A stretch of 64,000 bases of DNA from Eledone cirrhosa (GCA_964016885.1 OZ024747.1:15128001-15192000), one strand, 5' to 3'; positions 1-13,671 are shown, counted from the first letter of the stretch. The notes: generated by a model not told the origin, from the letters alone. Translations and numbers: made by a program.

Positions 1-530
1 ACACACACTCACGTATATACTGTCTCTCTCTCTCAATCTCTCTCACACAGACACATATACACTCACTCTCGCTCACACTCACACTTGAGTATAGTCTCTC
101 TCTCTCTCACTCACGTATATACTGTCTCTCTCTCTATCTCTATCCCCCCCTCTCTCTCTCTTCATTGTCTGACTATTGTTTCTCTCTCTCTCACACACTC
201 AATTATTTACTCTCTCTCTCTTTCCCTCACCCACTCTCTCTCTCTCACCATCTCTCTCACACACTCTCACTCTCTCTCTTTCTCTCTCTCACTCAATCTA
301 TCTCTTTCTCACACACGTATTCATTTTCTTTCTCTAACCATCTCTCTCTCTCACACTCTTTTTCTCTCTCTTACTAAATCTCTCTTTCTCTCTCTCTCAC
401 ACACGTATTCACTCACTCTTTCTCTCTCACTAACTCACTATCTCTCTCCTTCCTTTCCTCTCCCCCCTCTCCTTCCTTTCCTCTCCCCCCTCTCTCACTC
501 ACTCACTATCTCTCCCCCTCTCTCTCTCAC
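1..530. repeat. Degenerate (CT)n/(CA)n low-complexity tract
   Basis: Interrupted tctctc/cacaca runs; source of the spurious S/L/T/H-rich ORFs. Confidence 0.9.
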
Positions 531-639
531 GCTTTATATATTGACACGACCAATTAATGTCTTCCGTTTATAACTTAAAATGTCAATTGTTTTTCTTGTT
601 TCCCCTACTAGTAGTACTGTTACAATTTATTATAACGAT

Positions 640-1443
640 GATAGTGATTTCTAATTTAGATCAAGGCCATCAATGTATGGAGAGGGGAAGTCGGTTATAT
701 CGATTTCAGTACTTAGTTATTACTTTAACTTATCGACCCCCGGAAGGGCGGGACATGAAATCAGAACGTAACGAACTGTAAATATACCACAAAGTATTTG
801 TTCGACGCTCTAACATCAATCAACCACCCGAAAAATACAAAGAATAATAATTGTTTCTATTTTTGGCACAAGGCCAGCAATTATCACAGTGCATTACTGG
901 TACTTTGTTTTATCGAACCCGTAAGGATGAATGGCAAAGTTAACCTCGACAGGATTTGAACTCAGACATTAAAGGGACATAACTCGATGCTACAAAGCAT
1001 GGCGTCCGACCCTTTACTGATACTGCCAATCCAATACATAAAATATCATAATGGTTTCTTATATAGGCACAAGGCCAGCAATTTTGGGAGAGGGGAAAGT
1101 CGATTAAATCGACCCTAGTACGATACTGGTACTTTATTTTATCGATCCTGTAAGGATGAAAGGCAAAGTTAACCTCGGCAGGATTTGAGCTCAGGCCGTA
1201 AAGCGCCGTAACTCTATGCTGGAAAGCATGGCGTCCGACCCTTTACTGATACAAAGAATAATAATTGTTTCTACTTTTGGCACAAGGCCAGCAATTACGC
1301 AGTGCATTACTGGTACTTTATTTTATCGACCTCGCGAGGACGAAAGGTAAAGCTAACCTCGTCGGGATTTGAACTCAGACCGTAAAGGACAGCACCTCTA
1401 TGCTGCAAATCATGCTGTCCGATGCTCTACCGATACTGCCAAT
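640..1443 (-). mobile_element. Head-to-tail cluster of 4 tRNA-derived SINE copies (family S1)
   Basis: Copies at about 640-830, 843-1033, 1049-1250 and 1256-1443. The minus-strand consensus has A-box TGGCAGTATCGG, B-box GAGTTCAAATCC, central GCCTTTCATCCTTACGGGGTCGATAAAATAAAGTACCAG and an (ATT)n tail. Confidence 0.9.
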
Positions 1444-1450
1444 AATAATA

Positions 1451-1759
1451 ATTTACCTCATTCTGAGAAATGTTAGAAACATAAATCGGCGATAGAAAAC
1501 GATTTGATGATGTTGCTGTGGGATTTCAGGATACAATCAGAATTAGATCAGAATAGGCCTGACCATGTAGCTGTACTAGGATCTAAAGGGATAACTGAAA
1601 AGTATTTGGGATTGTCATAAGATCGTCATAGGAGTACTGGGTGCTATCTTGAAGAGTTTCCAAGGCTGGTTAAAGAACATTCACCCAACCTCCCCCTTTT
1701 TTTTAACTCTACAAAAATCATGACTAATGCGAATAGCAGAGATCCACTGAGGCTGCATG
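1451..1759 (+). mobile_element. Degraded 3' fragment of an R4/Dong-like non-LTR retrotransposon
   Basis: Aligns by eye to 46330-46770 (atttacc.cattctgagaa, tgggattt, aataggcctga, aagagtttccaagg.tggt, ctgaggctgcatg); preceded by (AAT)n. Confidence 0.75.
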
Positions 1760-2232
1760 CAGCGGTTTGATGTTCATTTGAGCAAATTTACCGGTTAAAT
1801 AACATCAATGAGTGAGATATCAAATTCACAACGACAACACAAACATCAGCAACAAAAGGGTTGTGAACACCATAATATTAATGATTAATCAATGTCCCTT
1901 GACAGATGTTGTTGCTCTTGTTTATTTTTAGCCTTAGGTCGTCATTGATCGAGCTAACCGAGAGATCAAAAACATACAAGCAGACATCACCTTTTTCTAT
2001 AATGTCTATTGCGGATGACGGTGTCAAATGTCTTCTCCCATTTTGTTTTTATTGAAACCTGTGATGTGTGATATGAAAAATGAACTTTAGCTGGTATTTC
2101 TTGTAGTTCGACGAACGTTATTCAATTTAGATTTTTGTGTATGTATATATGTATGTTTGAATATGGGGGCATATATATATACACACACATACATATATAC
2201 ATCCAGTTCACTGCCCCCATATTCAAACATAC

Positions 2233-2339
<107 letters not shown>

Positions 2340-2434
2340 TTGAAAAAAATGAAAACGAAATTTCATTTCTCACTCTTAGTATGGCACTTACTTAAATGTC
2401 CCGTTCGAACGTTCAACTATCTGGCAGATGGGTA

Positions 2435-2479
2435 AACGGTGCTGATGATAGCTAACAAGCTTGAAACTAGTACATCGTT
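2435..2479 (+). ncRNA. Type I minimal hammerhead ribozyme
   Basis: aacggtg-CTGATGA-t-agc(taacaa)gct-t-GAAA-CTAG-TA^catcgtt: 7-bp stem I, palindromic stem III ACTAGT, predicted cleavage after 2472. Confidence 0.85.
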
Positions 2480-2638
2480 CCTGTGTCAGTGTTGAACAAA
2501 AAGGTGACGTGGTTGCCTTAACACCGTATGGCATAAATTCAGGCTGTTCGGTTTGTTGACAAACAAACGAACAAAGCGGCGTTATAATAAACGTCGGCTA
2601 AACTGATGCGTGCATATATGTATGTGTACCTGTATGCA

Positions 2639-2704
<66 letters not shown>

Positions 2705-2938
2705 TGCTACTGTACGTCTGTATACATATATGTATGTACGTATACATACATACTTACATTTAAGTAAGTGCCATACTAAGAGTGAGAAATGAAATTTCGT
2801 TTTCATTTTTTTCAACTTATCGTTTTCGGTATGCCTGACCGATTTAACTCACTCAATATGCAAATTAGGCTGCTCAGTCGTTAATTTTCATAAGGAAAGT
2901 ATATACTTTCGAACGTTCAACTATCTGGCAGATGGGTA

Positions 2939-2983
2939 AACGGTGCTGATGATAGCTAACAAGCTTGAAACTAGTACATCGTT
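2939..2983 (+). ncRNA. Type I minimal hammerhead ribozyme (second tandem copy)
   Basis: Identical to 2435-2479; predicted cleavage after 2976. Confidence 0.85.
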
Positions 2984-3142
2984 CCTGTGTCAGTGTTGAA
3001 CAAAAAGGTGACGAGGTTGCCTTAACACCGTATGGCATAAATTCAGGCTGTTCGGTTTGTTGACAAACAAACGAACAAAGCGGCGTTATAATAAACGTCG
3101 GCTAAACTGATGCGTGCATATATGTATGTGTACCTGTATGCA

Positions 3143-3194
<52 letters not shown>

Positions 3195-3247
3195 TGCTAC
3201 TGTACGTCTGTATACATATATGTATGTACGTATACATACATACTTAC

Positions 3248-3342
<95 letters not shown>

Positions 3343-3448
3343 TTTTTATATGGTTAATTATGCTAATTGGGAGAGGAAACGGTATATATTTTATCTGGTG
3401 ATTCTATAGACATGTTTTATGATATATATATATATATATATATATATA

Positions 3449-3613
3449 TGGTGGCTGCCAACTCGATTTCGAGTACGGCCACTACTTTATATACATGAAG
3501 GAGAACCCCTACCGATGCGCTGAACGAGTGTGACATTTTAGTCCAGCCAGCGACTTGAAAACTCTGGTACAAACACTACACTTGTAACAATTATTGACAC
3601 ATAGTGCTGGGCC
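3449..3613 (-). mobile_element. 3' end of a 5'-truncated LINE (RTE-like) with a C-terminal C2H2-like zinc finger
   Basis: Minus frame YKCSVCTRVFKSLAGLKCHTRSAHR*, then a short UTR with hairpin actcga-aa-tcgagt and a (TA)n tail. Confidence 0.6.
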
Positions 3614-3651
3614 AATATATATATATTTATATATATATATATATATATACA

Positions 3652-3735
3652 CATACATACATACATACATACATACATACATACATACATACATACATAC
3701 ATACATACATACATACATACATACATACATACATA
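3652..3735. repeat. (CATA)n microsatellite
   Basis: Perfect tetranucleotide run. Confidence 0.95.
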
Positions 3736-3757
3736 CGTATATTTGTATGTATATATA

Positions 3758-3886
3758 GGAAAAGAGTCATGACCCCGGCGGCTGAGCTCCGGCCATTTCG
3801 ACAGCTAGTCCTATTACTCACTCTACTAACCTAAGTATCGAGTACTCTGGTGCGTTATGATCCACCTGGTTCCTCACCACACGTTA
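3758..3886. mobile_element. Family B (GAGCTC-loop hammerhead) mini-element with internal inversion
   Basis: The 5' part (HHR 3' half) is antisense and the 3' part (tcctatta...gagtactctggtgcg...accacac) is sense. Homologous to 15991-16185, 27075-27213, 27640-27702 and 38633-38774. TA-flanked. Confidence 0.8.
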
Positions 3887-4103
3887 TATATATATATATA
3901 TAACGAAGGAAGTGTTGTATATATATATAAGGGATAACAAAAGATCGTTATAGGTAATCCAGTTAGAGGTTGTGAATACTTCGTATTATGGATAGTTTTA
4001 ACGTACGGCGATGTTTGACTCAACAAGGGGTTTACGTAGGTGGCGAGTTTATGAGTTCTCTTGCATTCCTATGTAAGTTTATCTTGGAGTAATAATATTG
4101 AAA

Positions 4104-4208
4104 GAGTGAAGAATAACATGGTCAACAGTAGAAAAATGGGTTTTACTTAGTCTCTTAGACTGTAAATAAAACCCTTTTTTGTACTGTTGACCATGTTATT
4201 CTTCACTC
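4104..4208. repeat. Imperfect inverted repeat (about 47-bp arms) at the end of a TA-flanked element
   Basis: gagtgaagaataacatggtcaacagta...tactgttgaccatgttattcttcactc; AATAAA in the right arm. Confidence 0.8.
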
Positions 4209-4540
4209 ATTAAATATATAAATATATACACACACACATACATACACACATGTTTGTTATTTCCTTTGTTTCATTATGTTTGCTATTTTTCTTTCTGTAT
4301 ATTGTTTTTAGTCGTAAATCTAATGAAGTGAACTACCAAAATTATATTCAATCTTTTTGTTTGCTGTGGAATGCTTACAATCTTTTTAATACTTTTTCTA
4401 TATATATAAATATATACATAATGTGTGTGATTGTACATACACACAAACACCCCCACCCCCCACCCACACACATACATACGTATGGATGAAATATAAAAAA
4501 TTATAAGCATTTTTCTTCTATAAAACGAGACTATTAAGTA

Positions 4541-4707
4541 CCGTATTTCCCGGCGTCAAAAATGCTACTTTTTTCATAAAATAAGTCTCAAAATCTACCA
4601 TGCGTCCTGGAGGCCAAAGGTTGTTTATTATTTTTTTTCAAATTTTTAGTTGTTAAAATTAGGGTGCGTCTTCGAGGACGAAGCGTCTTCGACACCGGGA
4701 AATACGG
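4541..4707. mobile_element. Tc1/mariner-superfamily (Tc2/pogo-like) MITE
   Basis: 17-bp TIRs ccgtatttcccggcgtc / gacaccgggaaatacgg (1 mismatch), flanked by TA on both sides. Confidence 0.88.
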
Positions 4708-5503
4708 TACGTTGTGTACAGTGAATATATTTATTATAATATAGGGGATAAATATCATGAAATTTCCATTATATTACGATTCATGCCAATTATAGGATTC
4801 TTCAGGTGAATTAGATTAAAGGGAAGTTTCCACCGAAATATTCAACCGTTTGCAGAATATTGTATTTAAAATAAATGTGACGGTTTGGTGACAGGGTTTT
4901 TCTCGGTAAAGGTTGAACAACATCAACAAAGACGACGACGACAACAACAACAACTAGAACACGAATAGCAACAACAAAAAGCATTATTATATATGGGTAT
5001 TTCTGTATTAATTTCATATCCTGCTGAAGGAGTCCATGCATTTTATTTCCTCTAGGTGAAAGGTGTGTCATTAAATATGAGTACTAGTATCTATTTAAAT
5101 GATTGTTCCCTCTCACATTATTTGAAAACATTGGGAATATATGACAATATTATTTGTTTCTAATTTTAGGACAAGGCCAGTATTTTAGGACAGGGGAAAG
5201 TCGCTTAAACCCTCCTCAGTACTAGACTGGTATTTTATTTTATCTAACACGAAAGTATCATAATCTATAAAGCTCAGTGTATGGATATAGGATAAAGCTA
5301 ACCTCGGCGAGATTTATACTCAGAATGTGAAGAGCCGGATCAAATAATCCTAAGTATTTGACCGACACTCAAATGACTCTCCCAATCTAAAACTCTAATA
5401 TAAGACAACATTAATAAATAAGATTTACATGCAGTTGTGTGGCGAACGGGTTAATAAGCTGGGGGAAAATGCGGCTATTGAATGTGTGTTCATTATTTAA
5501 TTA

Positions 5504-5725
5504 GGGCGGTGGATTGGCAGTATCGGTAGAGGGTCGAACGCCATGCTTTGCAACATAGAGTTACGGTCCTTTATGATCTGAGTTCAAATCCCGCCGAGGT
5601 TAACTTTGCCTTTCATCCTTACGGGGTCGATAAAATAAAGCACCAGTAATGCATTGGGGTCGATTTAATCGATTTTCCCCTCTCTCCAAATTGCTAGCTT
5701 TGTGCCTATATCAGAAACCATTATT
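5504..5725 (+). mobile_element. Full-length S1 SINE (long variant)
   Basis: gggcggtggattggcagtatcgg (A-box), gagttcaaatcc (B-box), conserved core and attatt tail. A degenerate minus copy lies at about 5150-5390. Confidence 0.9.
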
Positions 5726-6250
5726 TAATTGCACCAAAAACTGACAGGCCCAATCTTTGTCTTTAGGGCAACTCAGCCCCTAATCCGATAATGAAAGTAT
5801 CAATTATTTACTGAATCCCCATATCCGGGGACTTGTAGCAATGTATAAGAAACAAAACACAAAACAAGCCCCTTTTTATCGAGCCGAAGAGCGCGTCTCT
5901 ATTATCGTGGTTAATTAATTGATCTGTAAAATGCAGTAGACAAATATCTCTCATTAATTCGTTAGAATTTCTTTTATTCTTTTACACTTTTACTTGCTAT
6001 GTTATTTAGACTGCAGCCATGCTTGGTTACCTTTCATTTGGAAGATCAGATTGGATAATATAGAATCTCGATACACTACAGAGTAAATAAGAAATAGGGA
6101 TATGTCTCTGAAAATAACTCTTAAATGACTAGGTTGTGAACCCATAATCTGAAAGTCTTCGCCAGTTGGTACTGTAAGTTAGATATGGCCCTGGACCAGC
6201 AGTGACCGAAACCAATCAAAGTTATCAAATACACGCACACACAGACACAC

Positions 6251-6344
<94 letters not shown>

Positions 6345-6515
6345 ATACAGAAAAGGCTTCTACAGGACTAGAACTGTTTCATTCGGGAGAAATCATCTCC
6401 CGAATGAAACAGTTCTAGTCCTGCAGGAGCCTTTCCTATATTAAATATTTATACTCTGCTTTGTATTGAGTACCTTAATTACTGCTGTTACTCCCGATTG
6501 AACCCGGGATAAATT
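6345..6515. mobile_element. Family F (CAG/CTG stem III hammerhead) mini-element with fold-back
   Basis: Palindrome aggcttctacaggactagaactgtttcattcgggaga-aatca-tctcccgaatgaaacagttctagtcctgcaggagcct, followed by the family tail tttatactctgctttgtattgagtacctt. Confidence 0.8.
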
Positions 6516-7175
6516 TATATCTGTATATATAATATATTTGTAAATCGAACTTTAGCTGCGGTACAGCAATTACAATTCGATTTGTTTTGAGGCAATCACA
6601 AAGCACTTAATGGATTGAAGGTTAAAAACAAACTTTAAATTCAGAGTTAAACACCGTAGTTATAAAATGTTACACCAAGAGAACCAACTGAAGGCACAAA
6701 CTATACATACAACACAATAACGATATATACTAATATATATATTTGTTCAGCTAATGCCATTTTATCCACTGCAGAGAGTTTCTTCGTCTTATACGTTTCG
6801 TCAGAGGGCAAGCTATTAAGTGTGCATGCATAAGCAGTTATGTCTGGTCAAACATATCGAACGTATAAAGTTTAATTAGCTGTGTAAATGCTATCAAAGA
6901 TTTTAAATAATTATGCTCTAAATCATGCATGAGTTATTGTTTCATTTCCATCATCTACTAACACTCACAAAAACTCTCTCTCATACACATACACACACAC
7001 CATCTTAAAAGTATAGTAATCTCTTGTTAAGATTGGGAAACCAATTGTATTTCTTTACACATATACACAGCATTACAGACATCTGTGTGTGTGTGTATGT
7101 GTAATTTTATGAGAATCGATACATACCTCCTTGGATTTCTGTCCAGTTATTATTATTATTAATATTATTATTATT

Positions 7176-7313
7176 GTTTCTATGTCTTTTTTTTCTTTTT
7201 CGTTTCTTATATAAATAATAAAAATCTTTACACGCACAAAACCCACATCGTACCGTCCTGTGCCGTCTGTAATGTTTTTCTTAATGTCAGCCCCTGTGGC
7301 CAATAAAGAAATC
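7176..7313 (+). mobile_element. 3' UTR fragment of a Tx1/L1-like LINE inserted in (ATT)n
   Basis: Homologous to the reverse complement of 45344-45470; ends AATAAA-gaaatc-(ATT)n; ATT repeats on both sides. Confidence 0.8.
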
Positions 7314-7350
7314 ATTATTATTATTACCATTACTATTATTATCATCATCA

Positions 7351-7403
<53 letters not shown>

Positions 7404-8550
7404 GTTATCTTATTATTATCATTACAGTTATGGCAGCAAAGATTGGAGGCCTTCTCATTCATGAGAAAAATATATGTAAATTTTATGCGGTCTTTTAGGT
7501 AAAAACTACCTTTTTTCATGTAATGCAACTGAATATTTGATGGGCATAACATATATTGCGAATGTGGCATGCCCTCTGGTGCAAGGGATCCCAACATATA
7601 TGAACGTAGAAATATATTCATTATAGAATCACGATTGCATAATGTCGTCATACAGCTGTGACATTCTGCACTTTTTTGTCCTGATGAAGAACAACTGTCC
7701 AAAGTTTTTGTTTTTCATTCCCAAAAGCAATTAGCTCTCTTTATATTCTATTTTCTACTCAATTACACAGAAGGTAGCAATACACTACTGTGATTCATTT
7801 AGAATTTTTTATGCGTATATTGAGGCTCTTGCAAAAACTGTAAAACATATGTACGCACAGCACCACCAAACATCAATCCAATCTTATATGGCAACACCAC
7901 TACAACTACCAAACACAGTGACCCAACGCATTAAAAACATTTATTCAAGTTTAATACACCTAGAACTAGGTGACGATTTGAGAGAGTCGTCAGAACATAA
8001 TATAGAGTGCTTTGCTATATTTGTTTCGGTTCTCTGCGCTCTGACTTCAAAACCGCCGAGAACAATTCCGCCTATCATTTTTTCCAGATCGATAAAAAAT
8101 GTACGTCCAGTACTTGAGTCAATTCTTTCTTTATATCTCTTTCACATTTCCCCTTAATCAATCACTCTCTCTCTCTTTTTTACTGGAAGAAATAGAGTGT
8201 GTTCAGACAGGGAGAGAGAGAGTGGACTCCACCAGGTACAAATTGCTGAAGTTATGCCTTATATAACTTTGCCACTCGCTCTATTTGACCAGATGCTAGG
8301 GCTCATACGATACGATACCTAGAAGTACATTGTCATTCTTTTAAGAGATGTGATTTAGTGGCAGAAACTAATATTTCGTAATATTTGATGTTAGCTTTGT
8401 GAGTTCAAATACGACAGCCGTTCACCCAATCCTCACCTTAGACTTCTTAAAATAAGTGTTACACATGTTTTTGGATACGTTCAGTCGACCAATACTAAGA
8501 TAATAATTTAGATATCCTACGTGTGTATAAAGGTGTAAGTATATATATAT

Positions 8551-8690
8551 ATTGTTATACTTTGGGAGGGTCATGTTGCCAATAAGAAACACACGCACCA
8601 GTTGCTTTCACTTCAATTTATTATATCGGTATAACAATATCGGTTTCAACACACGATTTCAGATAAAGAATCTTGCTAAACAAATTCAGA
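8551..8690. mobile_element. Family C TA-flanked mini-element with inversion
   Basis: attgttata...catgttgcca...agaaacacacg and tataacaatat...tttcaacacacgatttc, shared with 27838-28170. Confidence 0.7.
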
Positions 8691-8725
8691 AACGAAATAT
8701 ATATATATATATATATATATATAGC

Positions 8726-8942
8726 AGTCGATCGACTTACGTCAAATCGGACCGAGGAAACAATGCTTCCATTGGTCTTTCCAATTGCTAATACTATCTA
8801 TCGGTCACAACTCCACGTAGAAGGAGGCACATGAAATAAGGTGTCTTGCCCAAAGCCATAACGTATCAACCTGCCTGGTCCGGGGATCGAACACACAACC
8901 ACACGACTGCGAATTCAATTCTCTAAACACTCACCCACGCGC
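8726..8942 (-). mobile_element. tRNA-headed CORE-type SINE (family S2)
   Basis: Minus strand: tRNA-like head with B-box gttcgatccc, then ttgggcaagacaccttatttca (CORE-like). Homologous to 43805-44015. Confidence 0.8.
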
Positions 8943-9596
8943 GTGTGTGTGCGCGCAGGTATATGCGTAATATGCGTATATAATACATAATATATATATA
9001 AAAATATATAAGTATATATTTTATGTATGAGCCGGCGCATGCAGATGAATATTTTGAGATTGGTTTAATGATCTATTTCTAGCCCGAGGCATGGCAAGCA
9101 TATCGTTTAATCTACCGCGAATTCTAAATATTTATATTTGATGATTAACTACACATGATGTGTGTGTGTGCTTGTGTGTATGTATGCGCGCATGTATGTC
9201 CGTGTATGTTTGTACTATCGATAAATGAAATCATTATTTGCCAGATATGACGTCGCGATATATTCTAAGAAGTCGCAGTCAGCCAGAAGCAGTGTCGAAA
9301 TATTTACGCCACAAATATTTCTATTCTAAATATTTAAAATCGTGAAAAGACATTTTCTGCTACTATAATAATCAATTTAGAAAGTTTATCACTAATGTAA
9401 TGCAATTCCAGTGCAGCACTATTACATAGAATGTGATGTAATGTGATATGATATAATAAAGTCTAAGGCGATGGTTGAGTATTACACATGAATAAATTCC
9501 TTCAAATCACTATATATCTTTAACAAACTATGTCTGTGTCCTGTCTGTCTATCTTTGTATATGTGTATATATACAAACTCACCGAACCAAACATAT

Positions 9597-9676
<80 letters not shown>

Positions 9677-9981
9677 ACGCACATATATATACACACACAC
9701 GCACACATATATATATATATATATGTGTGTACATATATATATATATATCCATACACACTTATATGTGAATAGAGTGAGAGAGAGTGGGATATCGATTTCT
9801 TCACATTAATCGCTATACGACTATAAATGTTATGTAATTGCGAAGAAAATAGGCTGTTTCTTCTTCAATGTAAATCAAATCATCTCCCCCCTCTTTCTCT
9901 CTGTCTCTTTATATATATATATGTATGTATGTAAGTATGCTTACGTACACACACACACACACACACACACATACGTATATA

Positions 9982-10033
<52 letters not shown>

Positions 10034-10258
10034 CATATATATACATACACACACATATATATATATACATATATGTGTATATATATATCCGTGTTCGTAT
10101 GTATACTTACATTTATGTATCAGCTGTGGTAGGGCAAGTAATAAAATTGTAATATATATATATATGTATATATATATAAGAATTTGTGTGTATATATATA
10201 TACATACATATATATATGTATACATGTGTGTGTGTATATGTATATATATATTAGAATT

Positions 10259-10311
<53 letters not shown>

Positions 10312-10428
10312 TACATATATATATATACATACATATATATATATACATGTGTGTGTGTGTATATACTTTCAACCGTTGAGGTTGTCTTTTTTCCGGGTTT
10401 GTCAATATTTATTTATAAAACAAATCTG

Positions 10429-10494
10429 TATTTTATCTGATGAAAGCGCACCATAATTTACCTTAGTCGCCCTTGAAATATATATAATAAAATA
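10429..10494 (+). ncRNA. Type I hammerhead ribozyme motif, (TA)-palindromic stem III
   Basis: tattttat-CTGATGA-aagcgcac...gtcgccctt-GAAA-TATATA-TA^ataaaata: 8-bp stem I, imperfect stem II. Downstream tail shared with 27551-27590 and 36713-36750. Confidence 0.7.
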
Positions 10495-10991
10495 ATTATG
10501 GTTTTATAAATATAGTTTCCATTTATTAATATATTGTATATTTACTCCATTAAACTGTTGAGTGCTTTATATAAGTTATAAACATTTTAAAGCTTATTGA
10601 ATCCCAACAAATTAAATATAACCTTTGCATATATATATATATATATATTTATCCCCCCAAAATTATACAGACTTCGATTAGAATGCTATTGAAGTGTGTA
10701 TATATTTTGGGGTTCTTTTTCCTTGTGTCCACAAGAGTGTCAGTTACAAAGCTTGGCTAGATGTGGTTCCTCCACAGCTGAACACATTGCTGTCCTTTCT
10801 CATTAAACCCTTCCAAATCCAATGCTATGCCGGGGGCATATCAGGAGGTGCTGCGTAGTCTGTGGCTCGATGCCGCAATCACACACAAAGTCCCCCCCCC
10901 TCCCCCCCACACACACAACCACGTATATAATTTGCAAAACAATTTCATATATATATATATATAGTTATGTAATAAACAACATAAGATAATT

Positions 10992-11066
10992 ATTTCATTT
11001 ACCAAAGGTTTCACGAAGACAGACAAGCCTGGCACAGATGTCTGCCTTTAATCGTCAGAATGAAAT
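10992..11066 (-). ncRNA. Type I hammerhead ribozyme, fully paired
   Basis: Minus strand: atttcatt-CTGACGA-tta-aaggcagaca(13 nt)tgtctgtctt-cgt-GAAA-CC(ttt)GG-TA^aatgaaat: 8-bp stem I, 10-bp stem II, 3-bp stem III. Confidence 0.85.
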
Positions 11067-11285
11067 TTTATTTATTATCTAACTAAAAAAGCTCTGTAGC
11101 CTACATAGAGCACTCTTTTTTCCTTTACCTTTCCTACGAAAATACTTCATATATATATAGCATTGTATCATATTATCGAGATTGCACTGTTTTGAAGGTT
11201 CCCGCTAAAGACATAATGTTTGGATGATCAACGCGAACCCGGAAAACTCTCTGAGGCAGCAGTGAGTTATCTCAATAATCTAACG

Positions 11286-11499
11286 GCTCCTGATTTAGGC
11301 ACAAGTCCATTAATTTGAAGGAGGGGAAAGTTGATTAAATTGACCTCAGTACGTTATTGGTAATTTATTTTATCGACCCAGTAAGGAGGAAAGGCAAACG
11401 TAACCTCGGCAGAATTTCAACTCAGAAGGTAAAAGGCCATAACTATAAGCTGCAACGCTTGCAATCCAACCCCCTAATGTTACTGCCAATCCACCGCTC
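11286..11499 (-). mobile_element. S1 SINE
   Basis: Same consensus as 5504-5725, reverse orientation. Confidence 0.85.
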
Positions 11500-11637
11500 C
11501 CTCTAATATCAGTAATGTATTAAAGATACATAATATTTCGACATATTCTACTTTGGTATTGAGCACTTCTATCAAACTCGTCCCATGGATTGAGTGCTCT
11601 ACTACTACGGATATAGCCCACCGATGTTCTACTATTA

Positions 11638-11681
<44 letters not shown>

Positions 11682-11715
11682 AAAGAATGGAGGTGTAACA
11701 CACTAGTTATGATAT

Positions 11716-12007
11716 ATTGGTAAAAGGAAAAGAAAATGCTGACAAATTGTTCCCAGTGAAAATAGTTTAATTAGGAATAAGTAAAAATTAGTAATAGTAA
11801 TAGTGATGTTTGCTCTAATCTGTAGATTAGAGCAAACATCACGGGCGCTCTATATCAAAATTATTTTTGAAAAGCATTAGAAATGCGCAACCGGTAAAAC
11901 TTAAAACCAAAACTGAATACTAACCAATACTATTACTAATTTTTACTTATTCCTAATTAAACTATTTTTCACTGGGAACAATTTGTCAGCATTTTCTTTG
12001 CCTTTTA

Positions 12008-12012
<5 letters not shown>
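11716..12012. mobile_element. TA-flanked element with about 80-bp inverted arms, inner 19-bp hairpin and decayed hammerhead
   Basis: Arms about 11716-11799 and 11928-12012. Hairpin gtgatgtttgctctaatct-gt-agattagagcaaacatcac. 11867-11896 reads TTGAAAA-gcat(tagaa)atgc-GCAA-CCGG-TA. Confidence 0.75.
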
Positions 12013-12082
<70 letters not shown>

Positions 12083-12269
12083 CGGTTTTTTTCGTTGCTC
12101 TGATCCTAACGGCTCGCCTATCGGTTGCTGTCTTCAATTTGCATAGCTGTCTAAAGGTAATGTTATAACTCTAAGGTAACATACCTTATTGAGTGCTTTA
12201 GCTGCACATCCCGACTGCATTCGTTAGTTTGGCTGCAACCAGAGCTTCCATTATGCTGTACTTCCTTCT

Positions 12270-12345
<76 letters not shown>

Positions 12346-13366
12346 TACATATATACCAAGAATATTTAACGAATAAAAATAGTCAGCAAATATAAGAGGA
12401 ACGTTTGTAGTAGGTAATTAATTTAAACTATAAGGAAGAACCAGAGGAGAGCTCAACATGTCGGACTTACAATATATGAAAATAATACACTAGACAATAG
12501 ATCTTGTGTTGGTTTACATTTTAACGATTAACCGTAAAGTTAAGCATTAAAACCCATTGGGTGGAAAAGGACTGTCACCATCTGCTACAGCGATCGCACG
12601 ATGATACTGATTATTTCACATTGCTTTAAACTACATATAACTGTACCGGCTTAAATTGTTAAATAAAATAAATACCAGTCAAATAAAGACACTATCATTT
12701 TTTTACTGGCTTAAATCACTCAATAATGATAATATTTTATTGAGTGGCTTCAGCTGATGCAGTTAGAGTGCCTTTACTTAGTTGATAATTATTTTACTAG
12801 GAGAGTGATGTACAGGCAAGCGTTGAGATAGTCAAATAGCTTTCTCTCTGAAACGTGCGAACTATGGTACATGAGGAAGCATCTGAAAGGAGGAATTTGT
12901 AGGGTTCAGAAATGAATTCAATGAACTCGAATTGTACCAGTGTTGATATTGGCTTCAAATCTACCGAATTCCTTCACCATGATCGCAGGTTTAGTATCAA
13001 TATTAAATATCATTATCCATTCTAGTGCTTATTATTATTTTAATGGTTTCAGTCATTAGACAGCAGATATGATGGTAAACCTCCTTGAAAGTAGTTTAAT
13101 GAATCGTATCGATCTCAGTACTTGTTTGTTTTTTGTCTTGTAATATTTTCAGGCCTATTATTTATTGAAATGATCTCTTTGTTGGACAGCAAACACACAC
13201 ACAAGCACACGTACATGCAATGACACACACACAAGCACACGTACATGCAATGACACACACACTCACACACATATATGTGCATATATTTATGTAAATATAT
13301 AAACATGTGTATACCTATATAAGTTTATATATACATATATATATATGTGTGCGTGCGCGCGCGTGC

Positions 13367-13422
<56 letters not shown>

Positions 13423-13597
13423 AGGTGTATTATTGGTTGTGTCATACGGTCCAATAAACTTTTGTTAGCAATATTAAGTTCTCCACGCTTTTGTATATCT
13501 CCAATTCCATTTATGGGAACAGCTAGATGATGTAAAACGGACCATTTGTATCAAAATAAAGATCCGAAGGCATGGTATAAATTTCCAATCATTTTAA

Positions 13598-13671
13598 TCA
13601 CGACACATGTTTCAATAAGAGATAGATCGATCGTGTGGCCATGATCGATTATCACTGATCTCGCCAGGTGA
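13598..13671 (-). ncRNA. Inverted hammerhead copy with core mutation (CTGGCGA)
   Basis: Reverse complement of 13724-13797 with A6>G in the catalytic core. Confidence 0.7.

Noticed and set aside
843-1443. Regularly recurring repeats resembling a CRISPR array or tRNA genes
   Set aside because: Units are about 200-nt dispersed SINEs with A/B boxes, not short repeats with unique spacers. There are no cas genes and no complete cloverleaf.
6785-6812. CTGACGAAACGTA on the minus strand (also CTGATGAAACC at 43364 and CTGATGA at 7681, 31122, 56100)
   Set aside because: Stem II, GAAA or stem III cannot be completed; likely chance or too decayed.
12447-12475. CAGAGGA-gagctc-AACATGTC, possible collapsed hammerhead
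   Set aside because: Needs several core changes plus a loop deletion.
13193-13260. 30-bp tandem duplication (also 21 bp at 26890 and 19 bp at 61316)
   Set aside because: Ordinary slippage duplications with no further structure.
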